Positions 51,500 to 64,000 of a stretch of DNA of 64,000 nt are shown piece after piece. The stretch's first letter is position 1. Each line of letters starts with the position of its first letter. The stretch is from Saccostrea cucullata. Its lineage: Eukaryota. The position numbers and the translations under genes are program-made. The notes under the pieces were generated by a model. It searched no databases. It worked only from the letters and a program-made list of their open reading frames with translations, and was not told where the DNA came from. The stretch is taken from positions 1 through 64,000 of the forward strand of contig NW_026935730.1 of assembly GCF_032062105.1 (NCBI RefSeq), in the 5' to 3' direction.

Positions 51500-52467
51500 G
51501 AGTAAAATTAAATTATGTTTTAAAACAGCGAGATTCATGGTGACTTCAAAGCACTGAATGTTTTCGTCAGCAATGACGTCATGTGTTTGAAATGACGTCA
51601 GGAAAATGACGTAAATCTAAAATTTCCATGATTTCTATAGAAAAATGTAAAATTTGCGTCAATACTTTGAATAAAAATCACCGAGCGCATGTGTATTCAG
51701 GCGCAATATTTTGATATAATGTGTAGAATAAAAAAAATATCAATTAAATATGCAAATATTGTTCCTGAACAGACATGCAATCTAAAATTTCTATAAATAA
51801 AATTGTTAAAATTTTGTAATTTTTTTCCTTTTTCGGAAAAATAATGCAAAATCCGACGAGTTTGTGACTTCATAAAATAAAAAAATTGTCAATAACCTAC
51901 TTTGAAACAATAATATGTGTTGTTCATTTATATTTTTCATACAATTAATACAATACAACACATTTTAAGACATTTTCAAAATTTAAATTATGTGGGGGCA
52001 AAGATATGCAATATACCGAATGTAGTTCTTTTAAATAACTGTTTTAAAGACAGAATAAAATAACGTCGATAAACTGCTATTGTTCGTATATGCGATGAAA
52101 AAAAATATTTATAAGGTTCCATTAAATTAAAATTAAATTATTGTCACTCTGTATAGTAATGATTTTTTTTTATACAGAACTGTAAATTTTATTGTAAATT
52201 TACTTCTTTCTTCTGCTTTATTTTAGGCTTATTGATCATAAAGGTTGACGTTACACACAAACCCATTTGTAAAGCGTGAAGACAGATTATGTAGAACAGT
52301 TTAAAGTAGATCAAAGGAATGTCAATTCAGTTAAAAAAAAACTTTATTCAGGTTTAATTTTCCCTTTATCCCTACATAGATCATTTTTTAATTCGCACAA
52401 ACTCAGTTTGAAGAAATAATGCTGTTTTCTCATTAATATAGTACCGACCGCACACAACCTAACAGAA

Positions 52468-52618
52468 AGCAAACCCGGAGCGGACCCCGGGTTCGCTCTC
52501 TGGGTCCGCTCCGGTTCGCTTGGGGTCTGCTAGGGCTGACCCCGAGCGAACCCGAAGCGGACCGAGAGAGCGAACCCCAAATTCAGTAGAGGTCCCAGAG
52601 AGCGAACGAGGGTTCGGT
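52468..52618. repeat. GC-rich hairpin of GAGCGAACCC/GAGCGGACC units
   Basis: GGGTTCGCTCTCTGGGTCCGCTCCGGTTCGCTTGGGGTC pairs with GACCCCGAGCGAACCCGAAGCGGACCGAGAGAGCGAACCC. Confidence 0.7.
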
Positions 52619-52968
52619 ATACTTTACAGAGCTGTCAATCAGATCGAACGTGTTGATTTAATTCGATATGAATCCAAACACTGTACATACAAGCATAACG
52701 TGTGAATGTGCTGTGTAAATGTATTATGATAATTTTAATGCTCCGGGTTGTATCTTATATTTATATAATTATTTTCTTTTTTAGTAAAGCAATTAATTTA
52801 TTATATGTTTTATTTTTCCACGTAGAATTTTACATGAATATTTAAGGTTTTTATATCAGTATTTAAAGTCCCTTTGGTAAATAAATTGGGTAAATACATC
52901 AGCCAATGCATAAAAATGGAAATCAATTCATTAATATTAACGTGCCCAATATTTAAATATAAATAGAT

Positions 52969-53289
52969 NNNNNNNNNNNNNNNNNNNNNNNNNNNNNNNN
53001 NNNNNNNNNNNNNNNNNNNNNNNNNNNNNNNNNNNNNNNNNNNNNNNNNNNNNNNNNNNNNNNNNNNNNNNNNNNNNNNNNNNNNNNNNNNNNNNNNNNN
53101 NNNNNNNNNNNNNNNNNNNNNNNNNNNNNNNNNNNNNNNNNNNNNNNNNNNNNNNNNNNNNNNNNNNNNNNNNNNNNNNNNNNNNNNNNNNNNNNNNNNN
53201 NNNNNNNNNNNNNNNNNNNNNNNNNNNNNNNNNNNNNNNNNNNNNNNNNNNNNNNNNNNNNNNNNNNNNNNNNNNNNNNNNNNNNNNNN
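52969..53289. other. Assembly gap (321 N)
   Basis: Run of N. Confidence 1.
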
Positions 53290-53446
53290 ATCATCAAACT
53301 TGATCTTAATAATAAAGCCTGATGACTTTTTCTTATATTTCTATGAATCGTCCTCCCAATACTGTACTCAAATTGTTTTCTATAAGCCTGCTGCAGCTTT
53401 TTTTTTTCAAAAAAAAATATATATGTATAGGAAGATGTATATAAAG

Positions 53447-54463
53447 GGTGTCCAGTCACTTCGTACACAAACCGAGTCGTACACAAACCAACTCGTATAC
53501 AAAAAGTCAACTCGTACACAAAAACCAAAAGTCAACTCGTACACAACATTTATATTAAAATCGTAATGATTTAATTTTATACAAATGATGTTTGATAACA
53601 CGAAGTGTTACTTTTCTTTAAGTTTTTTCCTAAATAATTACTTAAATAATTCAACTTCCCTGGCAGGAACATCAAAGACATCAAAGAAGTATTGTTTAAC
53701 CAACACACGCGCGGTGGTTTCTTGAATCTGCGATAAACGCTAATTACGAGATGCTCATAATTCGGTATCCTTTAATTATGAGATTCTATATGTATCGAAA
53801 ACGTCTCCAAGTTTCTTCAATCCTTATACTTCACCATGGTTTGAGAGAGTTGTCAATGTCTTTCCTGCAGGTAGACGGTAAGTTTCTAAAACTTTTTTTT
53901 ATTTAAATAAGTTTAGATAAGTGTAAGACAAATGTGTTATACAGTATACCATTAAATTCTTACCATGTATTTAGATCGCATTTACTATCTATACTATCTA
54001 TCTATTTAATATAATAAATCAGGATGCTATTAAATATTATATTCTACATCAACATGCATTATTTGCATAACATAAAACTTTTTAGAAATATATAATCTAC
54101 GTATAACAATTTTGTTGACAATTAGAAATCCATTTGAATTAAGTTTTTCAGCTACATATTTAACAAACAAAATATTTAATTTTACAATATAAGAATTATT
54201 TAAGATAATTACGTTTATTTAGGAATTAATTTAAGAATTAAGAATTAAGAATGGATTTGACAATTTAGTTAACTCAAAACACATTTGTGTACGAATTGAC
54301 TTCTCAATTATTTGGAAACAATGGCAAATATTACCTTGAATCACATAGGAAAACCTATGTATGAGTTGTGTACGAGTTGAATTCTGGTTTGTGTACGAGT
54401 TGACTTTTTGTATACGAGTTGGTTTGTGTTCGACTCGGTTTGTGTACGAAGTGACTGTAAATC
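53447..54463. mobile_element. ~1-kb MITE with ~100-bp repeat-rich TIRs and 8-bp TSD
   Basis: CAGTCACTTCGTACACAAACCGAGTCG... and its inverted copy; flanks ATATAAAG / ATATAGAG (one mismatch). Confidence 0.82.
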
Positions 54464-55356
54464 ATATAGAGAACTAAAAATGACCAACAGTTTTGGGACG
54501 CTCTGTCCCTTCCTCAGAACAAAGAAAAGGGTAAAATGTCATAAGAACAAAGGAAAAGAGAAACCAAAAACAACTAGCACTACTACTAAACACTATATAT
54601 TTACATAGTTGCATGTTGAACTGGAAAATTATATAAACGCTATTAAAGAAAGAAATCCGGACCGCTATGAAATACGTCTGGTTTATCGGTGTATACTCAG
54701 GTGAAGTTCGATTTACATAATTGAACGAATAAATTACGCTAATTAATCACGACATTTAGTAAATCGTACATTGTTTCATTTTCTCAAAATGGCGTAACTA
54801 TACCTGACAAAGAATAATCAGAGACATATAATAAAGAAGGGATATTTTAACAAATGAATTATGATCTTTTATAAATTTTGAAATGTTTTAGGACTAATTA
54901 TTGGAAAACAAAATTAATAAAGGCGTAAGCAATACATAGTTATGTGGGTTGTTCGAGAGTTGGTAACGCAAACGAACTGTAGTGTTACGATAAATTGAAA
55001 GAATAATCTTGTTAAGTATCATCAGGAATTGGGTCTAATTCACCTTCATTCTGGTGAAGTCGATCAGTTTGTTAATGCCATTTGGGCGGAATGACTTCAA
55101 TCTGTGCATCCAGAATGAAGATTTTCATATACACGCATTTTTTTCATGCCCAAGAAGATCAAGAAGATTAAGACGATCAATAATTTTGATGTAAATTTTG
55201 AATAATTTAATGTAACACGTAAATTGAAAAATCACAAATAAAGTAATTAAATAATAAGAATTTTTTAAAGACAAAGTGTGTGTAAAATAGGGGGCATATA
55301 TTAATATATTCTTATCGGGTCGGGAAAACAATTATTATTTGCCTTTTTCTTTATTT

Positions 55357-56204
55357 CGTTGTAAACTTTTCACATTTAGATCTTCTTCTCAAGAAAGACT
55401 GGGCCAATTTCAACCAAACGTACCACAAAGTATCTTTGGGTGAAGGGAATTCAAGTCTGTTCAAATGAAGGGTCATGCCCATTTTCAGAGGGAGACAATT
55501 ATGAATAAGTGAAAAATTAATGGCATCTTTTAAAAAACTGTTTTCAAGGACCTATGGGTCATCAAAGATGAAACTCACGTGGAAGCATAGTCTATTAGTG
55601 TAAATTCAAATCTGTTCAAATCATGACCTCAGGGGTAGTATGGGGCCACAGTTGGGGATCAAAGTTTTATATAGAAATACATAGGAAAAATCTTTAAAAA
55701 TGTTCTCAAAAAACACTGGGCCAGAAAAGGTAAAACTCAAGGAAGCATCCTCTGTTAGTGTAGATTGAAGTTTGTTCAAATCATTAGGGTTGGGCCAAAA
55801 TATATGATCAATGTTTTACGTAAGACAAAGTGCTTAAATTCTACAAGAACATCAAAGCCATGTTCATCAATATAAAAGCATCAGAATAGTAACATAGATT
55901 TAAATTTGTTTAAATTATGACCAGTTAGGACAATGGAAGAGCCATTACAGTGAATCATAGCTATACAAAGGAATATAAAAGTTATATCAATCCAATTTTT
56001 CACCTTACATGTATAAACAGGATGCCAATATGGATCATTTTAATTTAAAAGCATTGGTAGGGAGTGCAAGTCTAAGTATGTTTACCCCCCCCCCCCCCTT
56101 TAAACCCACTTTTATATTTGAGATGATATTCAATGTTGAACTGATTTTTACTTTTATCTAGCCAGTTGCTCAGGTGAGCGATGTGACACCTGGGGGTTAT
56201 TGTT
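55357..56204 (-). mobile_element. Diverged Helentron/HINE copy in reverse orientation
   Basis: CTCAGGTGAGCGATGTG box at the right end; reverse-complement monomers (TTTGTTCAAATCAT); TTTTCACATT...TTCTCAAGAA...GGGCCAATTTCAACCAAAC at the left. Confidence 0.75.
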
Positions 56205-56852
56205 TTGGCCTCTATTAATAGTTGATATTTATTATATTTAATAGACAGCTCAGTTTTATTTTATTTTTCCTTCGAGGTCTTTCATAAAATGACATGGATA
56301 TCATCCTAAATGACTATCACTCTTAAGGATATGTAAAATTGTCTTATTTCATCTTATTTTTTTCTTGCATAAGGTTACATTCCAGTATGTAGGAATATTG
56401 ATCTATTTGAAAATACTTGTAAAAACGAGTTCGCAGGGGCAATAAAGAAGCATTCAGAATGTTCTACTTTGACTACATCAGACACATTATGACGTCAAAG
56501 TAGTCGAGATAACGTCATGTTAACAATAATTATTATTTTTAAATTTTTGTTACGCTGTATCTGTCGTTTTGATTAAAATCTAACACTAATGACGTCATAT
56601 GTGTACATTTAGTGACTTGGGAATTGATCATGTGTAAATAGAATATGGCTAAGACGGCATGTAGAAAAATACGAAAAATTTAGCTTAGATGCAAATATTT
56701 TGAATATTTTGTAAAATTCAGTACTGGTATGCTAATTTATTTTCATCGATTGTAATCTCTTTGAAGAGAATCAGCTATATACCTATCAAGGTCAGTTTAT
56801 CCTATCTCATTGCTGACAAAAACAATGCAAAAGAGAGTAAACAGTAAGCCAA

Positions 56853-57593
56853 ATGACTATAATTGCTAACGCAATAGATCAACTCCAGGATGGTCAGGCA
56901 CAATTAAAATCAACATTAAACAGTAAATTAGACAGATTCCGAAATGAGTTTATGGCGTCTATCGACGAAAAGCTCAAAGCTATTCGTTCCGACCTTGACC
57001 TTGAACTTGGAAAACAGCAAAGCCAAATCGAATCATTGTCACAGTCTGTTGCGTCTATTCTTCAGAGACTACAGGTGGTTGAAAATGTAGTAGTAGAACG
57101 CCCGGACCTTGCACATGAAAGTAGGTCAGCAGGTGAATCGAACACGCTGTTTGAAAACAAGGGGAACCCCCTGAACAATGCGGAATTAACAATTATAGCT
57201 TCAAACATTCCACAGGAACCGGACGAATACATATTAGAGGTCTCAAAGGAATTGATACATTCTCTAAATGAATCAATTACTGTGATTGCTGCTGCTCGAT
57301 TGAGAAAGCGGAACATCGAAAAACCAGCTTTAGTTAAAATTAGCTTTGAGTCCGTCCAGGATAAAATACTCATCTTGAGGGAAAAGAAACAACTGAAAAC
57401 GGTGGAGAAATATAAGAATGTGTTTTTGCGTGGTAGCAAAACTCATACCGAAAGGCTATTGGAATTGAATGCACGTACACTACTAAATGAATTGCCACAT
57501 GGAAAAGATTTTCGAATCACTTCAAACGGCGGCATTGTGAAGAAAACGCAAGATAGATTGCAACAGGATTTTCAGGACAATAGTGAAGGATAG
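56853..57593 (+). CDS. LINE ORF1 (coiled-coil plus RRM-like)
   Basis: 246-aa ORF with a heptad-rich N-terminus, then LVKISFES..DKILIL..KKQLK..YKNVFLR, typical of ORF1 proteins. Confidence 0.8.
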   Translation: MTIIANAIDQLQDGQAQLKSTLNSKLDRFRNEFMASIDEKLKAIRSDLDLELGKQQSQIESLSQSVASILQRLQVVENVVVERPDLAHESRSAGESNTLFENKGNPLNNAELTIIASNIPQEPDEYILEVSKELIHSLNESITVIAAARLRKRNIEKPALVKISFESVQDKILILREKKQLKTVEKYKNVFLRGSKTHTERLLELNARTLLNELPHGKDFRITSNGGIVKKTQDRLQQDFQDNSEG

Positions 57594-60500
57594 GATCCGC
57601 TCCGGTTCATTGAACACTCGTTAACTTTCTGTCATTTAAATGTTGGTGGCTGGACATCGAACAATCATGATTTAAGACGAGCATTGATCAAATGTGTAAA
57701 GGCTGACATTGTTAGTGTTTGTGAAACGCATTTACCTGGAGTTACGGGACTTGATTTAAAAGACTTGGGTTATGAATGGTATGGTTTTAACAGAACACAG
57801 ATACATAAGAACGCCCCGAAAGCGTCAGGAGGTGTTGGTTTTTTAATTAAAACTGACATTATTAATCATTATGAAGTGATTGTAATCGATAAATGTGTAG
57901 ATAGAATCCTGGGACTTCAATTTAAAAACAAATTTTCTGATTTTAAATTCATTGTTTTTGCTTGCTACCTCCCACCGGAAAACTCGCCCCGGGGCAGAGA
58001 TGCACTGGCATTTTATTCACACATACTTTCACAAATCTATCTGAACAGTGAATCTGATGCGATGTTCTTATTGGGCGACTTCAATTCTCGTCTGGGCAAC
58101 TTGAAAGACTTTTGTGTCGAAGTTGACAATATCATACCAAGGGAAACTATCGACTTTAATCAAAATCGACATGGTCAAGCATTTGCTGAATTTTTAGGTG
58201 ACGCCAAATTTTGTGTGTTAAATGGTCGGTACGGGGAAGAATCTAACAAATTTACTTCAGTTTCACCAAAAGGAAAAGCTGTTGTAGATTACATATGTGT
58301 TCCTTATGATCAGCTGGCAAACTGTCACAACTTTAGAATAAAAACTTGTGGTGATCTGATTGAATCAGAAAAATTACAAAATTGTCTTGGATCTAGATGT
58401 CGTGTTCCAGACCATGACCTCTTGATGTTCGATTACAGATATAAAATTGAAAGACCGGATGAAGCAAATACTAATGATGTCAACTTTAATTCAAAGAACA
58501 TTCACCATACTCCAAGAAAAAAGTTCAAATTCAAACAAATACCAACAAATTTCATGTGTTCGGACATTTTAAAAGAGGCTTTGTGTGAAATTATTAGTCA
58601 AATAGAACTATGTAGAGAAAAACAAAATGATATTGACAAAATCTATGACAAATTATGTAGTATTATTACAACCGAAATGGAAGAAAAAATACCATTTTTT
58701 GATGCATCCAAAAAAGTTAGAAAACGATTGAAGTACAATAAACCCTATTGGAACCAGGAACTCTCAGAATTATGGAAAAAGTTACACAAGAGTGAAAAAT
58801 ATTTCAGAAAAGCTGTAGGAGGAAAGTGTAGACAAGGAGCACGGTTACAATTTTTAACAGCACAAAGATATTTTGATAAAAAACTTCGATTTTACGAGAG
58901 GAAATACAGACGTGATTTAGCCTTAAACATTGAAACACTAAATACAGAGAATCCAAGTGCCTTCTGGAAAGAGTTGCAGAAACTAGGACCAAAAAGAAAT
59001 ATTAACATTCTTATGGAATATGTAAATGACGATGGAACTGTTCTACATGACGAGGACCGAATATTACAAAATTGGGAGTCGGCATTCAAGAATCTATACA
59101 CAAATCCAACTGGAAATTATGATGATGCATTCTACAATCAAGCTATTCTACATAAACAAATCCTGGAAGGCAACTCACTGGATCCATTATTTATACCAAA
59201 TGAATCACTGAACAAAACTATTACCATAGAAGAAGTCGGTAAAGTTATTTCCAACTTAAAAAACGGAAAGAGTCCAGGAATTGATCAAATTTATAATGAG
59301 GTTCTGAAGAACAACTCTGTTACTAAAGTGTTGCATGTGTTATTCATGTTCTGTTTTGAAACCGGTAGAGTCCCTTCTATTTGGAGGAAAGCTTTAATAC
59401 GTCCGATTCCAAAAGGCTCTACAATTGATACAAGGTTACCTTTGAACTACAGAGGAATCAGCTTATTATCAGTCGTTGCGACATGCTACAGTTCAGTCTT
59501 AAATAATAGAATACAGCAATACCTAGAAGATAATGGAATACTCTCCGACACACAGAATGGATTTCGACGCAATAGATCTTGTGAAGACCACATATTTACC
59601 CTTACCAACCTAATACAAGATCGAAAATCTACTTTTGTTACTTTTATTGATCTTCAAAAAGCGTTTGATTTTGTAAACAGAGATCTCTTGCAATACAAAC
59701 TTCAGTTAAATGGAGTCAATGGTCCAATTTATAATGCTATTTCCAGTTTATATTCTGAAACATTCTCTTGTGTATGTGTAAATGACTTTCGCACAAACTG
59801 GTTTGAATGTCCAAACAGTGTACGTCAAGGTGACAATTTGTCACCCACCTTATTCTCCCTTTTCATTAACGATTTAGCAACAGAAATTTCACAACTAAAT
59901 ACAGGAATTCCCATTGGTGATCAAAAAATAAGCCTTTTATTGTATGCCGACGATATTGCCATTCTCAGTGAAAATGAATCAGATATGCAAAAATGTCTTG
60001 ATACTCTGTCCAACTGGTGTAAACGGTGGAGATTAAATGTGAATTGCGCCAAATCTAATGTCATGCACTTTAGGAAACGCCATGTACCTCAAAGTCTATA
60101 CAAGTTCAAAATAGGGGAAGAAGAATTACAGTATGTTAATCAATATCGATATCTCGGTATTATCTTTCACGAGAAGATGGACTTTAACATAACGGCAGAA
60201 ACTCTTGGTAAAGCAGGAGGAAGAGCATTGGGGTCAGTGATTTCGAAAATTCATGATTATAAAGATGTTGGATTTCATACCTACGAAAAGCTTTTTCAGT
60301 CTTGTGTGATCCCTATTTTAGATTATTGTTCCGGGGTTTGGGGATTCAAAACATATCATTCTTTAGAAGTTGTGCAAAATCGTGCTATTCGATATTTTTA
60401 GGACTACATAGATACGCACCCGCAATCGCATTAAACAGCGAGGTTGGATGGATAACACCGACATACAGGCGCTGGATCAACATGATTAGAAGATGGAATT

Positions 60501-61116
60501 GACTAATTGAAATAGACGATGACAGACTCACCAAAAATGTTTTCTTATGGAATTATCAAAATAGTGGAATATGGTGTTCACAAATGAAAGAAATCCTATA
60601 CAAATTAAATATGCAAACCAATTTTGATTACCTCCGAGTATGTGATTTAAATCAAGTCAAATGTAAATTGTTTGCGCTTTGCGAAGAAGAATGGAAATTG
60701 AAAATATTGTCGTTACCCAAATTGAGAACATTTGTGACCTTTAAAAATAAATTTGAAATGGAACATTACATAACGATGGACATGAAAAAACCAAGAACGC
60801 TCCACAATGGCTCAGTTTAGAGTTGGTATCCTTCCGTTACGAATCGAAACAGGCCGATTTAGAAACGAACCGCCACAAGAACGTTACTGTGTTCTATGTA
60901 ATGACGAATCAGTAGAGGATGAAAAACATTTTTTATTTCATTGTAAAATCTACGAAAATATTAGAGAAACTTTTTTTTCATAATGTTAATTTAAATAAAA
61001 ATGTAGATCCATCTGAAAATTTAAACATTTTAATGAAAAATCATCAGAGACAAACTGCCAAGTTTTTAAATTCATGTTTTTCACTAAGACAAAAATATTT
61101 ATATCAACCAAATTAA
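57594..61116 (+). pseudogene. LINE ORF2 (AP endonuclease, reverse transcriptase, CCHC), disrupted near the 3' end
   Basis: HLNVGG, VCETHL, GGVG, LGDFNSR, VDYI, DHD (APE); NYRGISLL, QNGFR, FIDLQKAFD, VRQGDNLSPTLF, LLYADD, YLG (RT). Frameshift at ~60395, TGA at 60500-60502, further homopolymer frameshift at ~60790. Confidence 0.92.
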
Positions 61117-61910
61117 TATAATGTCCATCATGCGCGCTATCTTTAAATGATTATAGAAATACTGTACATATATTAAAGTGACATAAAGGTCCAATGGGCC
61201 GGGTGTGATGTATATACGTTTATATTGTATTTACTTGCTGACTATACACATGTCACTATAATAAAATATTTACTTACTTACTTACTTACTTACGTAAGCT
61301 GAATATTTCAAAACATAAGATTTGTACAGACCGAAAGTTTGCCTTCTAAAATGCATAGAAAGTGCTGCTACATGTAGAATGCCGAGGTACATGTAAGCAC
61401 ACTTTCACGAAAAATCTAAGGTCAAATGTATATACATGTAATTTAAAACATCTGGTAAGGTTTCCTTCGAGTGTGTGCAATAATTATTTTACTGATCGGA
61501 CAAATGGATTCTAACAGATCTTTTTAGGTATTTTTTACTATAATATCGACTCAAGTAAGTTATAAAACTACGGTGTACTGTTGTTTTGTTTCTGTTTTTT
61601 AAAGGAAAATGTTGCCATAAATAGAAGTCACGTAATGCCATTAAGGTTGCTTGCGTCTTTGCGTAAGGCATTCTTACTGCCAACTGTCACACATATTTGA
61701 ATAAATTTTCATATGAATATTGAAATTTATGTGAATTGTTAAAAAATCCTTTTGAAAGAATAAAAATTGAAATGGGGATTTGTTCTTTAATTTGCTTGTT
61801 CTTTTTTTTTGGGGGGGGGGGTATTTTGATAATTAATTTTAATTTGTCAATAATTTCTATATTGAACATTTTCTCAAATTAAAGATTATATGTCTTTGTT
61901 TTTAAAAATA

Positions 61911-62117
61911 CTGTAAATGTATTTTATTTGGCGTGTATGGTATTTGGCAGAAATTGATTTTTCAACAAGTTGGCGTAGATTTGATTTAGCGCATTTCTTA
62001 ATTTTCTTTTTCGTGCATGTATTTGTAAGTCATTTAGCGGTGTGCTTGAATTAGCGGACGTTTCCATCCGCCAAAGGCGCTCAAAAGAATACACAGCCAA
62101 ATGTAATACGTTTACAA
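61911..62117. mobile_element. Decayed Tc1-type MITE
   Basis: TA|CTGTAAATGTATTTTATTTGGCGTGT ... ACACAGCCAAATGTAATACGTTTACAA. Confidence 0.6.
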
Positions 62118-62775
62118 CAAGTTATATTTTACATACACAGATCTATAAAAGGGGGGGGGGGGTTCCAGACCACTCCTTTGAAATTTGTAAAGTTATTTAA
62201 AGTACAAAGTAAGCAAACTAAAAGTTTTTTAATGTATGAACTGAACCAAATGAAAGGGACGATGGACCCCATTCCCCGAGAACATGGAACCGTGTTAAGT
62301 TTGTGTGAAATATGTCATTGACATGAAGCATAAGAAGTCCCCCCCCCTTCCCCCGTGGAAATAATTTTTAACGTTTAGAAAAAGGAGTTACTTTTTTCTT
62401 GTCAAGACATTTCTGGGATGGATTTTTTTTTACCAAGGTTACACTTTTGAAAAAAACAAAAAAAAAAACCTGAATCCGCGCCTTGATTTTTGACAATTCA
62501 CATTAATATCCATATGAATTTGAAAATTTATTCAAATAATCAGTTGGCTGACGTTTATAAAATTCCATACAAAACACCTTTAAATTGAAAAAGAAAAAAA
62601 TGTGTTAAATTGTTTGACATATAATCAATATCTGAAATATAAGTAAAAAGAAATGCTCACGTAAATGTAAAAAAAAAACCGACTGATTGTTCTAAATTAC
62701 TTGTATCATCATCAGGATGTGCATTGCTAACGAACTTTCAAATATAATAAAAGTATATTTAATATTTAACCTTAC

Positions 62776-62938
62776 AGTAAAAATACCCAAACTAGGCAAA
62801 CAACCTGAGCATCCTTTACATCAAAGCTATCCACGCAAATCTTTCTTAATAGGTTAGCAACAAACACAGTCCCATCTCCATCGGAATCAGGAAAGAGACC
62901 AGAGTCAGATGTTCTTATTGAGGACGCATTGAGAGCAA
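62776..62938 (-). pseudogene. Gene 2 exon: SRCR N-half
   Basis: ALNASSIRTSDSGLFPDSDGDGTVFVANLLRKICVDSFDVKDAQVVCLVWVFL; homologous to 21885-22047 with the same length and phase. Confidence 0.88.
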
Positions 62939-63178
62939 CTGTAAATGACAAATGTATGCTAAAGTCTTTAAATATTATTTTCTGTGCACATAATTGCATA
63001 AACATTAGTTGTTTGGAATATAAATATACAAATCCAACTTAAGTTTATATACACATTGAATGATTCTTACATGTTAATAAACAATAAATGTTCATATAAC
63101 ATCCGCCTTGCTATAAATTGTGCTTGATCAATAAAATAAAGGTAATATACGGCATAGTTTACATATTAAAATGCTTAC

Positions 63179-63382
63179 TGCCCCCATGTAAGATTCATAT
63201 CGATGCTATATTTTTCTTCTTCCCGAGATCCACTGTTAACCACGCCTCCTTCTGACCGGAAGCTGTAAGTGTGCAGTCCAGTAGGTATGAACTCCTGTCT
63301 CCGTCAACGGCTTTACTTGGTGAAAAATATCCATCACTGTATTTAGTACTGACCGTAACATTTTTCCTACTGGCAAGATTTC
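63179..63382 (-). pseudogene. Gene 2 exon: F-type-lectin N-half with premature TGA
   Basis: NLASRKNVTVSTKYSDGYFSPSKAVDGDRSSYLLDCTLTASGQKEAWLTVDLGKKKNIASI*ILHGG; clearly homologous to 22795-22998. Confidence 0.9.
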
Positions 63383-64000
63383 CTGATAAAAATTGTAACA
63401 TTATAAATATCATTGTGATTGGTTCCAAACCATGTTCTAACTCTTTAAAGATTCCGACACCTAAAAGGTGTTAAGAAAGTTCATTCCACATTTCTCTTTT
63501 ACTTACGAAAAGAAATACGATGAAAAGATATTTCATAATATTATCACGGAGTCCATTCTGACTACTGATAAAGTTTAAAGTGCCTTTTAATGAATCAATA
63601 AGGAGGGAGGGGGGGGGCAGGTATTAAAAAAGATTATGTATGTGCAAACAAATATGATTGACGTATATTAGTGACGTATATTACGCACGCAGATATAAAC
63701 ATCCTTTCAGATACTATGCAAAAATTATCAAGTCAATGATTAATTTCAAAATAGTTTTAAAAATTTCAAAATAATGTTTTATCGTTCTTATAGCTATGCT
63801 CATCAGCTTGTTTGATGCAAGATAGGGTATGAAGAAACAAAAGTGAGTTATCCTATAATTTTACCCAAAATGACCTGCATTTCTGTCATTCGAGTGCTTT
63901 AATATATATTATATATGTTATATATATTTTCAAATGGAAGGAAAATCCTATAACTTCCTGTTCTAAATGAATAGCTAAAAAGAACTATATGCGGTATTAA

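Larger units (their letters stand above)
56554..61293 (+). mobile_element. Near full-length two-ORF LINE (RTEX-like)
   Basis: ORF1 plus an APE-RT ORF2. C-terminus AQFRVGILPLRIETGRF...CVLC-x5-EDEKHFLFHC; AATAAA followed by a (TTAC)n tail. 5' boundary approximate; clade assignment inferred from motifs. Confidence 0.85.
42910..63382 (-). pseudogene. Disabled paralog of receptor gene 1 (gene 2)
   Basis: Exons found: 63179-63382 (FTP N-half, TGA at 63195-63197 where gene 1 has TCA), 62776-62938 (SRCR N-half), 44745-44918 (EGF, Cys replaced by Arg) and 42910-43212 (TM/tail, TAA at 43070-43072 plus a frameshift). The 204- and 163-nt exon sizes equal those of gene 1. Middle exons were not found, so joining the two halves into one gene is an inference. 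Confidence 0.75.

Noticed and set aside
52953-53528. 191-aa ORF
   Set aside because: Artefact of reading through the N gap.
57062-59211. Antisense and alternate-frame ORFs within the LINE
   Set aside because: Shadow ORFs of ORF1/ORF2 with no independent motifs.

Overview
AT-rich animal genomic DNA. Its repeats (Helentron-type elements carrying ~167-bp satellite arrays, V-domain SINEs, RTE/RTEX/Tx1 LINEs) resemble those of oysters or other bivalves; this is inferred and the species was not determined. The main feature is a 10-exon minus-strand gene (23309->6602, 557 aa, reconstructed by hand with GT-AG junctions and consistent phases) encoding a type-I membrane receptor. Its domain order is: signal peptide, an F-type-lectin-like (FTP/F5-8C) domain split by an inserted 6-Cys SRCR domain, four MEGF/CED-1-type EGF repeats, a TM helix, and a tail with ITIM/ITAM-like tyrosine motifs. 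A same-strand paralog (63382->42910) is disabled by stops, a frameshift and a lost Cys, and its middle exons were not found. The rest is a dense, partly nested set of mobile elements. These include an intron-containing DD34D mariner inside a Tx1-like LINE inside a host intron, an RTEX-like LINE whose ORF2 follows ORF1 in frame across a single TAG with no AUG, and a CAC-terminated element with ~490-bp TIRs and a 5-bp TSD. There are also IS3EU-, Harbinger-, CACTA- and Tc1-type MITEs, an A-x-B-A-y-B duplication, and a 321-N assembly gap. All calls come from reading the sequence; no database searches were run.
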